The notes below the pieces were generated by a model. The model was not told the DNA's origin and made no database searches. It saw only the letters and a program-made list of their open reading frames with translations. A program made the position numbers and the translations under genes. This document shows, piece after piece, positions 36,349 through 49,045 of a stretch of 64,000 bases of DNA. Position 1 is the first letter of the stretch, and each line of letters opens with the position of its first letter. The stretch spans positions 22,816,001-22,880,000 of the forward strand of contig CM060732.1 in the NCBI GenBank assembly GCA_030704615.1. The letters are read 5' to 3'. This DNA is from Takakia lepidozioides (Eukaryota; Plantae; Bryophyta).

Positions 36349-39300
36349 GATGTTCCTGGACAGGTTGACGAGACCATTGTCGTGCTAGGTAACGACGGAG
36401 GTTGCGGAATCGAATGGCACGTACCCCCATCAGACACCATCCTGTACCGAGCTGTGGGAATGCCCATTCCCTTTCCGAATCAATCGCTGCCCACACCATC
36501 CACAAAGGAGTCCGGAAACCGACAGGCGGCCACTGCCAACAGAGAGGTATGCAACGATAATCATTCCCGACCTGGACCGTCAAGACCCTCCATAGCTTCT
36601 CGTGTGGACGTATTCGACATTTCCGACGAGGAAGATGATTGCATTGAGGTACCCATGTCCTCCACACGGTCGTTCAAATCCGGCATGGACGTCTCTGTAG
36701 GTGCTACGCATGTGCCCTCGAGCATAACTCCAACCCGGTCCATTGTGCAGCTCCTACGACAACATCACCTCGATGGTTCTCGCTCCGAGCTGGCTGCTCT
36801 CGACTATGCCAAATTCCCAGTCAGAAAGGTAACGTTTCTGCCTCCCGAAGTCGATGGCAATGTCATCTTCGAGTTTCCACCTGTTTCTTCGTCAAACAAA
36901 GCCTCCGGGATATTAACAGACATGGATCGAAAGCATGACGGACACCCCTGGTGTGTGACGAAGACCAGTAGCACAAAATTGCTGATGGTGTTCGTGTACA
37001 ATATGTCCTCTGTGCGGGGAAGCTGAGGTGCCTCAATCCACCTGCTTCCACTTTCTCTCCAAAGGAGGGCGGAGAAACGAGACGGATTGGACTGGCACAA
37101 CGCATCATCCATTCATTGTCTCCAGCCAAGCTCCTGCGGGTTCTTTCAAGTGTGCACATTGCAAAGAACCACCGACGTGCATGTCCATGTGCACAGCCAA
37201 GCAATATTACGTAATCCATTTGCTCCCGGACTTGACTAGAGCTTGCATACACGTTGGGGTCCACTGCCACCCCTTGGCGAGAGGCAACATGCGTGAGGCT
37301 GTGCACGAAGCACACGACATCATAAAAGAGGAGGTGAAATTGAGCCCCGGAGCCAGACCAAAGCAGATTCAGCTGAAGGCAGCCCACAAGATTGCTCTTG
37401 GCAAAATCATGTCTGAAGATGGTTCCGACCGAGAGCCCTTGACCGAAGACGAGATGCGTGACCTCTTGGAGTCCGTCTCGCACGTTTGTAGTCCAAATGT
37501 GCGGAATCACATCGTATCTTGCAAGCAGGAGTTCGGCCGGGGGTCGGACATGTACTCAATCCTGGAGGTGAAACGAATGACTGGATATGACTACATCCAA
37601 GGTAGCAGGTTTCCAGGGCAAGGCAGCGAATCCGATTGTTGTTACATTTTCAAAATGTCGACGTGTGGGCCTGGGAGTGGAGTCGACTTGGTCACTCGCA
37701 TGACAACTGGAAACTTGTCGAATGCTTGGGTGATGTTTGATCACATCAAGCAAATTACAAACCATCAGTGGGTGACTATGGGTGCGCATGTTTATGACTA
37801 TCACTCCAAGAGGCTCATGACGATTGCAATCTGCGAGATGAAAGGGGAGGACACACAGTCCGAGATGCATCTGTGGGAGGGCATAAACGAGCAGATGGCA
37901 AGGGCCGGATTGCCAGAGCCCAATTTCAGGGGATTCATGGCAGACAACGCTCAGGCCAACTGGGCAGCAGTGCGGCGTGTGTACGGTGAGGACCCCAATG
38001 TTCCAATGGAGGGGAAAGAGAGATCCTGTGGATTCCATTGGATGCAGAGTCTCTCACTACACTTCCAATTTGTTGCTAGCTCATTCCAGGCTGAACACCG
38101 TGTCCTTTGTACGGCGTGGAAGGATGCACCCACATTTGATGACGCGGAGGTTAAGTTTGCTATCATCGAGGCTTGGTGGAACACGTCAGGTGCAGTGGAG
38201 ACAACCAATCTGGGAGCATTGCACAGCTGGTTGGGGTGGTGGCATTTTCGGTATCGACAGTTCGGACAGTACATGCGGGAGGTAGGCTGCTCATTTTCGT
38301 TCATTTGTCTTTCTGTTACGGACATTTCGATTGGTCCCTCACCATTGTTTGTGTCCTTCTAGGAGCGGTGCTTGGATTCCGACACGGACATGCCGAACAC
38401 GAATATGGCAGAATCGGTCCACTCCTCCTGGCGAGCGTCTTCTGCCGCACATCTGGTGGACGTAGTGACGGCCACAACGGAGGACATTGACAGATCAATC
38501 ATGCAGCAAGCCACGTACTACAAGTTCCTGAGCGGCAAACAATGGGGCTTTGGGCCGGACAGGGAGGAATGTTGGTACGAACAGCTTCGAGGTCCAAGAA
38601 TCCACTGAAATGGGCGACAGCATTGCGAGAGGAGATCAAAGGGACGCCTCTGCACCGCAGAGGTGAACACCTACAGGGGGACGTCCGGACTCGCCCTGTG
38701 AGGCGGAGGATTGAAGAGGAACCCGGGTGCGAAGAGGATTCCTGGAGATCCGACAGGAACATTCGGACAGCAACTCGAGGTCCCGTCATGTTGCCGCACA
38801 ATGTGTCTTCCAGCAGTGGAAGCCCAAGAAATTCCAGATCGTCGTCGCCTTCAACCGGGGATTTCGTGCGAGAAATTCCCACCGCTCCCTTGCCCCAGAT
38901 TCCGCCCGCTGTTATGTAGTATGGCCAAGCCATTGTGGAGACGACTGTGTCTGCATCACAGTGGAGAATTGCTCGCACAAAGCCGTCGTTTCGAGGAAGG
39001 TGTTCCGCAATTCGTGTGGATACACGGCAACGTTGTTTAGAGATGATAAGGAGGAATCCAGATGGGGTTGTCCCTGCTCCTACTTTTACAGGAAGATTTG
39101 TCCATGCAAAGTTTGCGGAGGCGACAACCACCCAGTTCTGGTTCTGCAGGCACGACATTATGACTTGCGTGTATGGAAAGCCCAAGTACGACATACAAAC
39201 AATGCCAGAGGCTCCCCCGGTGTGGCCGGTGGAACCAGGCTGCGATTTGAGTTAGGTTGAGGCCGACGCCCTTACCGCCGCAGGATTTCGGATGGTGCAG

Positions 39301-41270
39301 CGCACTGACGTCCCCAGACAACCATTTCCGCTTCCACAGCCTCCACCACCGACCCTTGTGAGAGCAAGAACAATGGGACACGACAGCTCTAAGCATCCTA
39401 CACACCGTTGGGGGAAACCGAAGAGGCGGCGACCTCCCTCAAAAGTGAACGAGACAAGGATGGGGAATGCACTTCGGATGAACTGTACAATCCAGAGCTC
39501 GACAAAAGTGCCCCCACCAGGATTCGGGCGTGTGTATCAGATGGCCACGGCAGGCTCAGCTGTTCGCAATGAGGTGTACACCATCACCATTTCAGAATTA
39601 CCCACCTGCAATTGCACCGACTTCCAGATCATGGCGAACAAGGGGGCATCATACTGCCCTTGCAAGCATTTGTACTACGTGTACCTAAAGAGACTCTGTT
39701 GTAATTCCACAACTCATCACTTCACCAGGAGGTTCACACTCTTCTGAATATGGATCCAGGGGACCAGTGAGCTTGGCTTGCGGTCCCAATACAATGGTAC
39801 GCCCATCCTTTTTGGATAGTAGAACTGTACTGCTGCCAGTACCTCAGACTCTGGCCGCAAAAAGGTCCGACATATGTCTTGCCTACCAGTAACCTGTTTT
39901 GCTCGAACTAAGATATTACTATATCGTTCACTTGTTTCCACGTGCATGTATTTTTGTATGTTGGAGGGTTCATGTTTTTCTGCTTTCCGAAAACTTGCTT
40001 TCCTCATTCGACCTCCGACAAGGAAATGCGGCGCCGCATTTCCAAGTATTGTCGTAGGTACTGGTAGAGGCGGCCTTCGCCAACACCAAACCGCTCCGAA
40101 ATTTCGCACGTGCCAACCCTAATGCGGCACCTTATTTCCCAGTTCAGTTGCAAACCTTTCCCGCCGAATACCCGAAGAAGACAGAATTGTGACGTACTAC
40201 AGACTCTATTGGTGCAGACTCCATTGGTTCAATCGCGGCAAAAGGGTCAGCTTCATTCCAATGTTAAGGCATGTAAAACCGCAGAATACTCTATACAGGC
40301 CAGTATGCGACGTCCTTTTGCAGTGGTATACTGGATTTCCCGTTGCACGGTCACTTATTTCCATGAGCGGACTTGTTACTGACGACATATCTTCGCCGCA
40401 TTACATGATCTGGAACGTCCAAAAACGGCAAGGTCAAATAAAAAACTATTATTTTAATACTTATTTAATCTGCCGCATTTCCAAATTTGGAGGAGTCCGC
40501 TCATGAAATCCGCGTATCTTAGACTTCGGCTCACCGCTCATGCGGCTCATGCGGCTCATGGCTCATGGCTCATGGTTTCTGCTCATGAAATAGTAAACCT
40601 CCTACTCCGTGGTCTTCATCTTTCCCCTCAGAGATGTGCTCTCCCCCCTATTTCCCAAGTCCTGATGCCAGAAGTCCCCCACCCAAGAAGTGATCCCCCC
40701 CCCCTTGAGATGTCCCCGCTTCTCGCTTTATCTATTTACAAGCCGTTCTAACCGCTTTCCTAACTAACCGTTATCTCTGTGGTACACGTTCCTTTTTCAG
40801 ATGTCGTTCCCCCACAGTCGTTCCCTGCCAATGGTAACTGTTCCCCAGCTGTGCCGAGTTGTGACTGGCTGTATCAGGCTGTAGAGGGCTGAAACTGGCT
40901 GTGTCGGGCTGTGTAGGGCTGTGCGAAGCTGTGGCGGCTGTATCGGGCTGTGACTGGCTGTGACGGGCTGTGTTGACTGTGCGAAGCTCTGATGGCTGTG
41001 TCGGACTGTGACGGGCTGTGTTGGCTGTGCGAAGCTTTGATGGCTGTGTCAGACTGTGACGGGCTGTGTTGGCTGTGCGAAGCTGTGATGGCTGTGTCGG
41101 ACTGTGACGGGCTGTGTTGGACTGTGAAGGACTGTGTCGGGCTGTGTATCTTCCCCCCTAAATCCTGTTGCTGTCACCCCTAAGGCTCCTGTTGGTCTCA
41201 GTCTGTGTAAAAATTAAGGGTACCCCACAGATCCCGTAAAAGCGTCTAAGTCCCAAACAGCCCTCTAACA

Positions 41271-42299
41271 GGAAGGAGGCTACAAAGAAGGGAGAGGGTG
41301 GGAAGAATAACATGGCCTTGGCGATAGAGGACGTGGAGTTGGCAAAGATCGTGGTGCCACTGGTGGAGGTGAATCGCCATGGTGACCCCTGCGGTGCGTT
41401 CTGGGAGGCTATGAAGAAGCCAACCTTCGAACTCGCAATGAGGTGGTTCTTTTTGCACATTGAGTGGGCTGATCATCACTTTGGCGTGAAGCGGGCGTAT
41501 GCCCGTGAGTTAGACCGCCGGTTTCCGGGCAATTGGAGTGACACAAGGGTGATGGAGATGGTGGGGCGAAACTTGAAGGACAAGAGGTACCGTGCAAGAC
41601 AGATCATTTGGAGGGCAATGGAAAAGGGGGCCATACCCAAACCACCTTATGGAATTACACAGGTTGGCAAATCCTGAATCATTTCACCTTCCATTTGTCG
41701 CATGTGCATTAATGAGGTGGATTTGATGCAACGTATGTGTGTAATTCACTAATTGTTGGGGGGGGGGGGGGGCATTGGTATCGTGGGATGCACTCGTTGC
41801 GGGAAAGAATGATGCGGAAAACAAGGCCAAATTTGAGCGGCCACGCGAAGCAACCACAGTCCGCCTTGACAAGCACGAATCCACAAACAAGTGGGGCACC
41901 GGCGGATCCAAGGGTTTTATCTTGCGATTTGTAAGTCGTACTTCCCTATGGATTTTGTTATGTCTTCTTTCTGGCTCTATCATCGTGAAGAACTGACTTT
42001 AATTTGTGGCATGTGTAGCAACGTGCGTTTGAGAGGAAGCCATCTCCGGTAGAGTACAACTACGCCAAGGAGCATGGTTGGCAATCCCTCATGAAGAACA
42101 TGGCCAACACGGAGGGGATGAGTGCACTACAGGGCACTAATATGGATGAGGTCGGGGGTCATGGCCAGGGATTGGATGAGAGTTCTGTGGGACTTAGGGG
42201 AACGCCGCCTTCTTTAGGTGCTCTGGAAAAGGGCGCAGAGTCATCAGGTTCATCGGATAGCTCTGAGTCCTCCACTGAGGATGAGGATGAGGATGACTA
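41271..42299 (+). pseudogene. Spliced gene fragment, probably the CACTA accessory (TnpA-like) ORF
   Basis: Approximate exons 41271-41662, 41775-41930, 42019-42299 with an acidic C-terminus. Lies upstream of a CACTA terminus once the MULE is removed. Confidence 0.45.
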
Positions 42300-42738
42300 G
42301 TCCTAGTCCGTGTAGGTCCCAGGGTCAGCCGAGGTTTGCTATTTCATGAGCATGAACGGCATGAGCGGAGTAGTAAGACAATCGGTTTTCATGAGCAGAA
42401 GTACAAATTTCGAAAATAAAAAACAATAAAAAAACAATAATTTAATGCAATGTGTCAGGAAAAACAAATATATTATTCGGCCCCTTGAAGGGAAAATTGC
42501 AATTTTGACAGTTGTGCTCATGATATTTCGTCTTCCGCTCATGCCAATTCCCAGCGACATGTGCAAATATGGCGCCGAATTTCGCGGTAATAGGGTCCGT
42601 AACCTGAAAAACGGCGATAGGTCTCTCTGGCGAAAAATGGTGCCGAATTCCGCGGCTATAGGTCCCCTCATGACAGGTAATTCGGCGCCATTTTTCCAGT
42701 GCATGTTCGGACTTAGCATGTTCGGACGTGCAACTCAC

Positions 42739-44825
42739 CTCCCGCATATAGTCGCCGAACTGGAGGAAACGATAATGCCACCATGCTAGCCAACTGACCA
42801 TTGCTCCCTCGTCTGATTTCCTTACAGCACCTGACGATGTCCACCAAGCCCGTATGCATGCAAACTGTGTCTCTGCATCATCCAAGGTAGGAGCGCGCTT
42901 CCACGCAAGGCACATGGAACGGTGCTCCTCTCTGAAATCTGGCGCCACGAGCCTGGTTGTGTACTGCGAAAGGCTCTGCAGAAAATGGAACCCACAAGAT
43001 CTCTCCTTGCCTTCCATGGGAACATTGGGGTCTTGCCCGTACACCCTTCGGATGGCAGCCCAATTTGCTTGTGCGTTGTCCGCCATGAAACCACGGAAAT
43101 TCGGAGGGGGCAATCCCGCCTTGGCCATCTGTTCGTTTATTCCCTGCCAAAGAAGCATCTCCGATTGTGTGTCCTCTCCTTTCATCTCACAAATAGCAAT
43201 TGTCATTAGCATCCTGCAGTGGGTGTCGTAGACATGTGCACCCATTGTCACCCACTGGTGATTTATAATTCGCTTGATATGGTCGAACATGACCCAACTG
43301 TTTGACAAGTTCCTACTCGTTATCCTGTCGACCAGTTCGACGCCGCTGCCAGGTCCACACGTGGACATTTTGAATACGAAACAACGATCTGCCTCAGTCC
43401 CTTGTCCTGGAAACCTACTTCCATGAATGTAGTCATATCCACATCGTCGCTTCACCTCCAGAATGGAGTGCATATCCGAGCCACGCCCAATTTTCTGTTT
43501 GCATGAGACAATGTGGTTTCGGACATTCGGTGAACATACGTGGGACACCGACTCCAGCAATGCCTCCATTTCCTTCTCGTCGAGAGGAACTCTATCGGAG
43601 CCGTCTTCCGACATAATTCTGGCCAATGCCATCTTATGGGCGGCTTGGAGCTGTATCTGTTTGGGTTTGGCACCCGGTCTCAACTTAACCTCCTCCTAAA
43701 CGAGCTGCTCTGCTTCGTGGGCAGCCTCCCGCGAGTTCCCCCTCGCCAATTTGTGACAATGGGAACCAACGTGTATGCAAGCTCGGGTGAGGTCAGGGAA
43801 ACGGTGCAACACATAGAACTGCTTGGCATTACAAACAGACATGCAGTGTGGTGGTTCTTTGCAATGCGCACACTTAAATGTGGAGTTCGGAACCTTCTCC
43901 TGAGCTCGAAATGGTTGATGAGCTGTGCCTGTCCAATCGGTCTCGTTCCTGTGACCTCTGGATTTAAAGTGGAAGCAAGTTGGGGAGAAACACCGCAACG
44001 CGCCCGCACAAACAACGTAGCGCACCCGCACACCATCGAGCATCTTCATGCTGGTGGTTTTGGTAACGCACCAAGGATGACCGTCATGTTTTCTATCCAT
44101 ATCTGTCAACATTCCGGACGCCCTCGAGTAGTCCGCCCGAGGAGGGAACTCAAAGAAGATATTACCGTCGACGTCGGCGGGAAGGCATGTAACCGATTTA
44201 ATTGCGAACTTGCTGTAGTCCAGCCCGGCCAGCTCCGACCGGTGTCCCTCCAGGTGAAGCCCTCGCAGAATTTCAAGAATAGATCGAACTGCGGTGCTCG
44301 TGCTGGGAATATGACTCCCTCCTCCACTGACGTCCATTGAGGACTTGCCTGATCTCCAGGACGACCTCGGAACTTCCATGACCTCGTCTGAGTCGGACAG
44401 GTTGTGAACAACCCGGTTCTGGCTCGTCTTCATGGATGGGTTCGGCTCTGGATTTACTTCGTTGCGGACTTCTCTCTTTGAGGTAGCCACTCTCTGATTC
44501 GCGGATTGTTTCGTGGAAGGCGCCAGGATAGAAGGTGCATTTGGCGGGCAAATGAAGTCACAACAGCCCTGTATATGACGCTGTCCAATGGTGGAACTCG
44601 CCATTCCCTGCCATCGCCGAAATCATCGTGGAGCACAACAATACTCTCGACAACAAGGCCGTTAGAGTCCTTCCTTTCCTCCTCCAAAAAAACCGACCCC
44701 GGTTTCAGGTGGTATCGAACGCACAGATATTTCTCCATCACCCGGCAGGTGTCCCCTCTGCACGGAAATGAAGCTCTATGCTCGTGAGGAGGGCAGTACA
44801 CTGTAGCGTTCGGGTTTTCCGCCAT
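42739..44825 (-). pseudogene. MULE transposase subfamily 2, exon 1 only (lacks catalytic E exon and SWIM)
   Basis: Strong similarity to subfamily 1 (DGHPW, HVGSHCH, FMADNAQANW, SCGFH); same MRE|gt splice donor. Confidence 0.88.
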
Positions 44826-45129
44826 GGGAGATGTGCACACAAGACTCCCAGGATGGAGTGCGGGGAAGCTCCCTGGTAGAAGGGGGATGCAGCGATGGGA
44901 ATGAATGCGATGCCGATTTGTCCGAGCGACGAAGCCTGATCCAAATCCAGGGAGCCAACTATCTCAAAAATCCACAGTCAGAGTGTTAATGAACCTTGTC
45001 TCCGGAATGCGGCCCCTGGTCTTTGCGCAATAACTGCCAACGGTATGCAGTCAGAAAGTGGGGGGCCGTCCGGATGATGACGGCTGAAGGGGAGAAGCCG
45101 GCACCGTGCCATCACATTACTACCCCCGA

Positions 45130-47190
45130 ATGGAAATTCGGCACCCAATATCCAACAGGGGAAGCCCGGATGAAGTCGCCTCGGGCGCAGAGGCCGGCGC
45201 GTGTGCGACAGAGAACATCCCCTGGATGGAGATTCGGCGCCGAATTTCCATCCGGGGCGGTTCGGATGCAGTCGGGGAGGGGGGAGAGGCCGGCACTTGG
45301 CCGTCACATTTCAACCCCCGGACGGAAATTCGGCACCGAATATCGAACAGGGGACGCCCGGATGAAGTCGCCTCGGGCGTAGAGGTCGGCACGTGTTCGA
45401 CAAAGAGCATCCCTTGGATGGAGATTCGGCGCCGAATTTCCATCCGGGCCCCCCCAAGGAAGTCTTGTCGGGGTGTCAGACTGAAAACTGGCCGACATAA
45501 AAACCTCCCCAGATGGGAAAACGGCGCCGAATTTCAATCCGGGGCCGTTCCAATGCGGTTGGGGAGGGGGGAGAGGTCGGCACCTGGCCGTCATATTTCA
45601 ACCGCCGGACGGAAATTCGGCACCGAATATCCAACAGAGCGGCGGAGAGGCCGGCACCTCTCCGACAGAGACCAGCCCCCGGATGGAAATTCGGCGCCGA
45701 ATTTCCACCCAGCAGGTAAGTGCAATCCCGGATGGATGGAAATCCGGCGCCGAATTTCCATCCAGCAGGTAAGTGAAATCCCGGATCGATCCAAATCCGG
45801 CGCCGCATATCCATCCTGCAGGTAATTCGAATCCCGGATGGATGGAAATTCGGCGCCGAATTTCCATCCAGCAGGTAAGTCGGATCGCTGGCGTATGGAT
45901 ATTCGGCGCCGAATTTCTATTCGCCGGGTATTTCATCGCTGAGAATTACCTTCCTGCAGGTAATTCTGATCGATGAATTACCTTCCTGCAGGTAATTCTC
46001 AGCGATGAATTACCTTCCTGCAGGTAATTCTTATCGACGAAGGTAGGAAGGTAATTCCTCGCTCAGAATTACCTGCAGGAAGGTAATTCCTCGCTCAGAA
46101 TTACCTGCAGGAAGGTAATTCATCGCTGAGAATTACCTACAGGAAGGTAATTCATCGATCAGATTTACCTGCAGGAAGGTAATTCTCAGCGATGAAATAC
46201 CTGCAGAATGGAAATTCGGCGCCGGATTTCGATCCATCCGGGATTCCAGTAACCTGCTGGATGGAAATGCGGCGCCGAATTTCCATCCATCCGGGATTCG
46301 AATTACCTGCTGGACGGAAATCCGGCGCCGAATTTCCAATCATCCGGGATTCCACTTACCTGCTGGATGGAAACCCGGCGCCGAATTTCCATCCATCCGG
46401 GATTCCACTTACCTGCAGGATGGAAACCCGGCGCCGAATTTCCATCCATCCGGGATTCCACTTACCTGCAGGATGGAAACCCGGCGCCCAATTTCCATCC
46501 ATCCGGGATTCCACTTACCTGCAGGATGGAAACCCGGCGCCCAATTTCCATCCATCCGGGATTCCACTTACCTGCAGGATGGAAACCCGGCGCCGAATTT
46601 CCATCCATCCGGGATTCCACTTACCTGCTGGATGGAAACCCGGCGCCGAATTTCCATCCATCCGGGATTCCACTTACCTGCTGGATGCAAACCCGGCGCC
46701 GAATTTCCATCCATCCGGGATTCCACTTACCTGCTGGATGCAAACCCGGCGCCGAATTTCCATCCATCCGGGATTCCACTTACCTGCTGGATGCAAACCC
46801 GGCGCCGAATTTCCATCCATCCGGGATTCCGCTTACCTGCTGGATGCAAACCCGGCGCCGAATTTCCATCCATCCGGGATTCCGCTTACCTGCTGGATGC
46901 AAACCCGGCGCCGAATTTCCATCCATCCGGGATTCGAATTACCTGCAGGATGGAAATTCGGCGCCGGATTTCCATCCATCCGGGATTCCACTTACCTGCA
47001 GGATGGAAATCCGGTGCCGGATCTCCATCCATCCGCTCTCCGACCAACCTTGCGGATGGAAATCCGGTGCCGAATTTCCATCCATCCGCTCTTCGAATTA
47101 CCTGCATGACGGAAATTTTGCGCGCCGACCTAGCTGGCGGATGGAAATCCGGCGCCGGATTTCCATCCATCCGCTCTTCGAATTACCTGC
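45130..47190. repeat. Subfamily-2 palindrome array GGAAATTCGGCGCCGAATTTCC, including ~12 near-identical 53-bp units (46350-47000) and an inversion centre near 46040
   Basis: Starts at 45685, 45738, 45791 and 45844 (53-bp period). Unit GGATTCCACTTACCTGCWGGATGSAAACCCGGCGCCGAATTTCCATCCATCCG. AATTACCTTCCTGCAGGT repeats flip orientation near 46040. Confidence 0.92.
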
Positions 47191-47194
47191 ATGA

Positions 47195-48996
47195 CTGGAA
47201 AAATGGCGCCGAATTTCCGATTTTGGTGCAAGTCAGATATGGGACTTAGCCATTTTCGGCCCCGAAATGGAAAAATGGCGCCGAAAAAAAAAAAAAAAAA
47301 AAAAAAAAAACGCCATTTTTCCATCTCGGGCCGAAAACGGCTAAGTCCCAGATCTGACTGGCACCCAAAATCGGAAATTCGGCGCCATTTTTCCAGTCAT
47401 GCAGGTAATTCGAAGAGCGGATGGATGGAAATCCGGCGCCGGATTTTCATCCATCCGCTCTTCGAATTACCTGCATGACGGAAATTTTGCGCGCCGACTT
47501 ACTTGGTGGATGGAAATCCGGCGCCGGATTTCCATCCATCCGCTCTTCGAATTACCTGCATGACTGGAAAAATGGCGCCGAATTTCCGATTTTGGTGCCA
47601 GTCAGATCTGGGACTTAGCCATTTTCGGCAACGAAATGGAAAAATGTCGCCCGAAAAAAAAAAAAAAAAAAAACGCCATTTTTCCATCTCGGGGCCGAAA
47701 ACGGCTAAGTCCCAGATCTGACTGGCACCAAAATCGGAAATTCGGCGCCATTTTTCCAGTCATGCAGGTAATTCGAAGAGCGGATGGATGGAAATCCGGC
47801 GCCGGATTTTCATCCATCCGCTCTTCGAATTACCTGCATGACGGAAATTTTGCGCGCCGACTTACTTGGTGGATGGAAATCCGGCGCCGGATTTCCATCC
47901 ATCCGCTCTTCGAATTACCTGCATGACTGGAAAAATGGCGCCGAATTTCCGATTTTGGTGCCAGTCAGATCTGGGACTTAGCCATTTTCGGCAACGAATG
48001 GAAAAATGTCGCCGAAAAAAAAAAAAGAAAAAAAAAACGCCATTTTTCTAGTTCGGTGCCGAAAACTGCTAAGTCCCAGATCTGACTGGCACCCAAAATC
48101 GGAAATTCGGCGCCATTTTTCCATTTCTGGGCCCAGTCAGATCTGGGACTTAGCCATTTTCGGCCCCGTACTGGATAAATCGCGCCGAAAAAAAAAAAAA
48201 AAAAAAAAAAAACGATATTTTTTTAGTTCGGTGCCGAAAACGGCTAAGTCCCAGATCTGACTGGCACCCAAAATCGGAAATTCGGCGCCATTTTTCCATT
48301 TCTGGGCCCAGTCAGATCTGGGACTTAGCCATTTTCGGTCCCGAACAGGAAAAATGGAAGTTGAAGACTCCCACAAGCTGAAACCATACTCCACACATGC
48401 ACCACTTGCTTCCTTAACACCCGAGCTCTTCTTGAACTCCTCAAACCCTGCAACACTTGCAGAACAAGAGCTTCTTCACAAGCTCTCAAACTTTCAATGA
48501 TGCTCTTCTTGAAGACCTCCTCTTGTACATAAACACCACAAGACTTTCTTCTTGCAAACCCTGCAACAGCTTGTAACTTAAGAGCTATCTATCAAGCTCT
48601 CTTCCACACACAAGTGTTAACTATGCTAACACCTTGCACTTATAGATGTAAGCAGGTCTTCTTCTAGTGATACGGAAATGGTGAAAAGAGGAGAAACCAT
48701 TCTATCACGTTATATAAGTCAAGCCAATGGCACCTTTGCTAAAAGACTCCACCATACAGACCTCACCCACTCTCCATCTCAAGTACTAGAGCGACTTCAA
48801 TTGGCTCAACTTTTGTTTGACCACATGTTTTTTGAAAGCAGAGGCATAGCCAGTGGGTACTTTCAGGGCCGAAAATGGCTAAGTCCTTAGGGTGGCTGGC
48901 ACCAAAATCGGAAATTCGGCGCCATTTTTCCAGTTCCGGGCCCAGTCAGATCTGGGACTTAGCCATTTTAGGCCCCGAACTGGTAAAATGGCACCG

Positions 48997-49045
<49 letters not shown>

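Larger units (their letters stand above)
30764..39770 (+). pseudogene. MULE-type DDE transposase with GCM-like N-terminal Zn domain and C-terminal SWIM, interrupted by LTR-B at 30925-36348
   Basis: DGHPW..CAGKLRC.NPTC..CAHC..C..HVGVHCHP; WVMFDH; FMADNAQA; SCGFH (CxxH); intron 38282-38362; TNMAESVH; SWIM. Confidence 0.88.
20301..40601. mobile_element. Full-length MULE subfamily 1 (~14.9 kb without the nested LTR-B element), 8-bp TSD CTACTCCG
   Basis: Termini GGGGGCTGCTATTTCATGAGC and GCTCATGAAATAGTAAACCTC with CATGAGC subterminal repeats. TSD at 20293-20300 and 40602-40609. Contains transposase, ParB-MTase gene, two cargo ORFs and palindrome arrays. Confidence 0.92.
19893..41270 (-). repeat. 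LTR-B 5' LTR split by a MULE insertion (halves 19893-20300 and 40610-41270)
   Basis: The two halves rejoin into a full TGTTAGAGG...CTCGACA LTR across the CTACTCCG duplication. Confidence 0.85.

Noticed and set aside
37028-38420. Assignment to Zisupton/KDZ or hAT because of the 8-bp TSD and SWIM
   Set aside because: The D...D, CxxH and TN.AES.H pattern with GCM-like and SWIM domains fits Mutator-like transposases better; no KDZ or hAT motifs were recognised.
45100-48400. Long ORFs with repeated MEIRRRISI / KCGAAFP / GNAAPHF peptides (also at 22.6-23.5, 29-30.4 and 56.6-58.6 kb)
   Set aside because: They are translations of the palindrome and tandem repeats, open in several frames on both strands.
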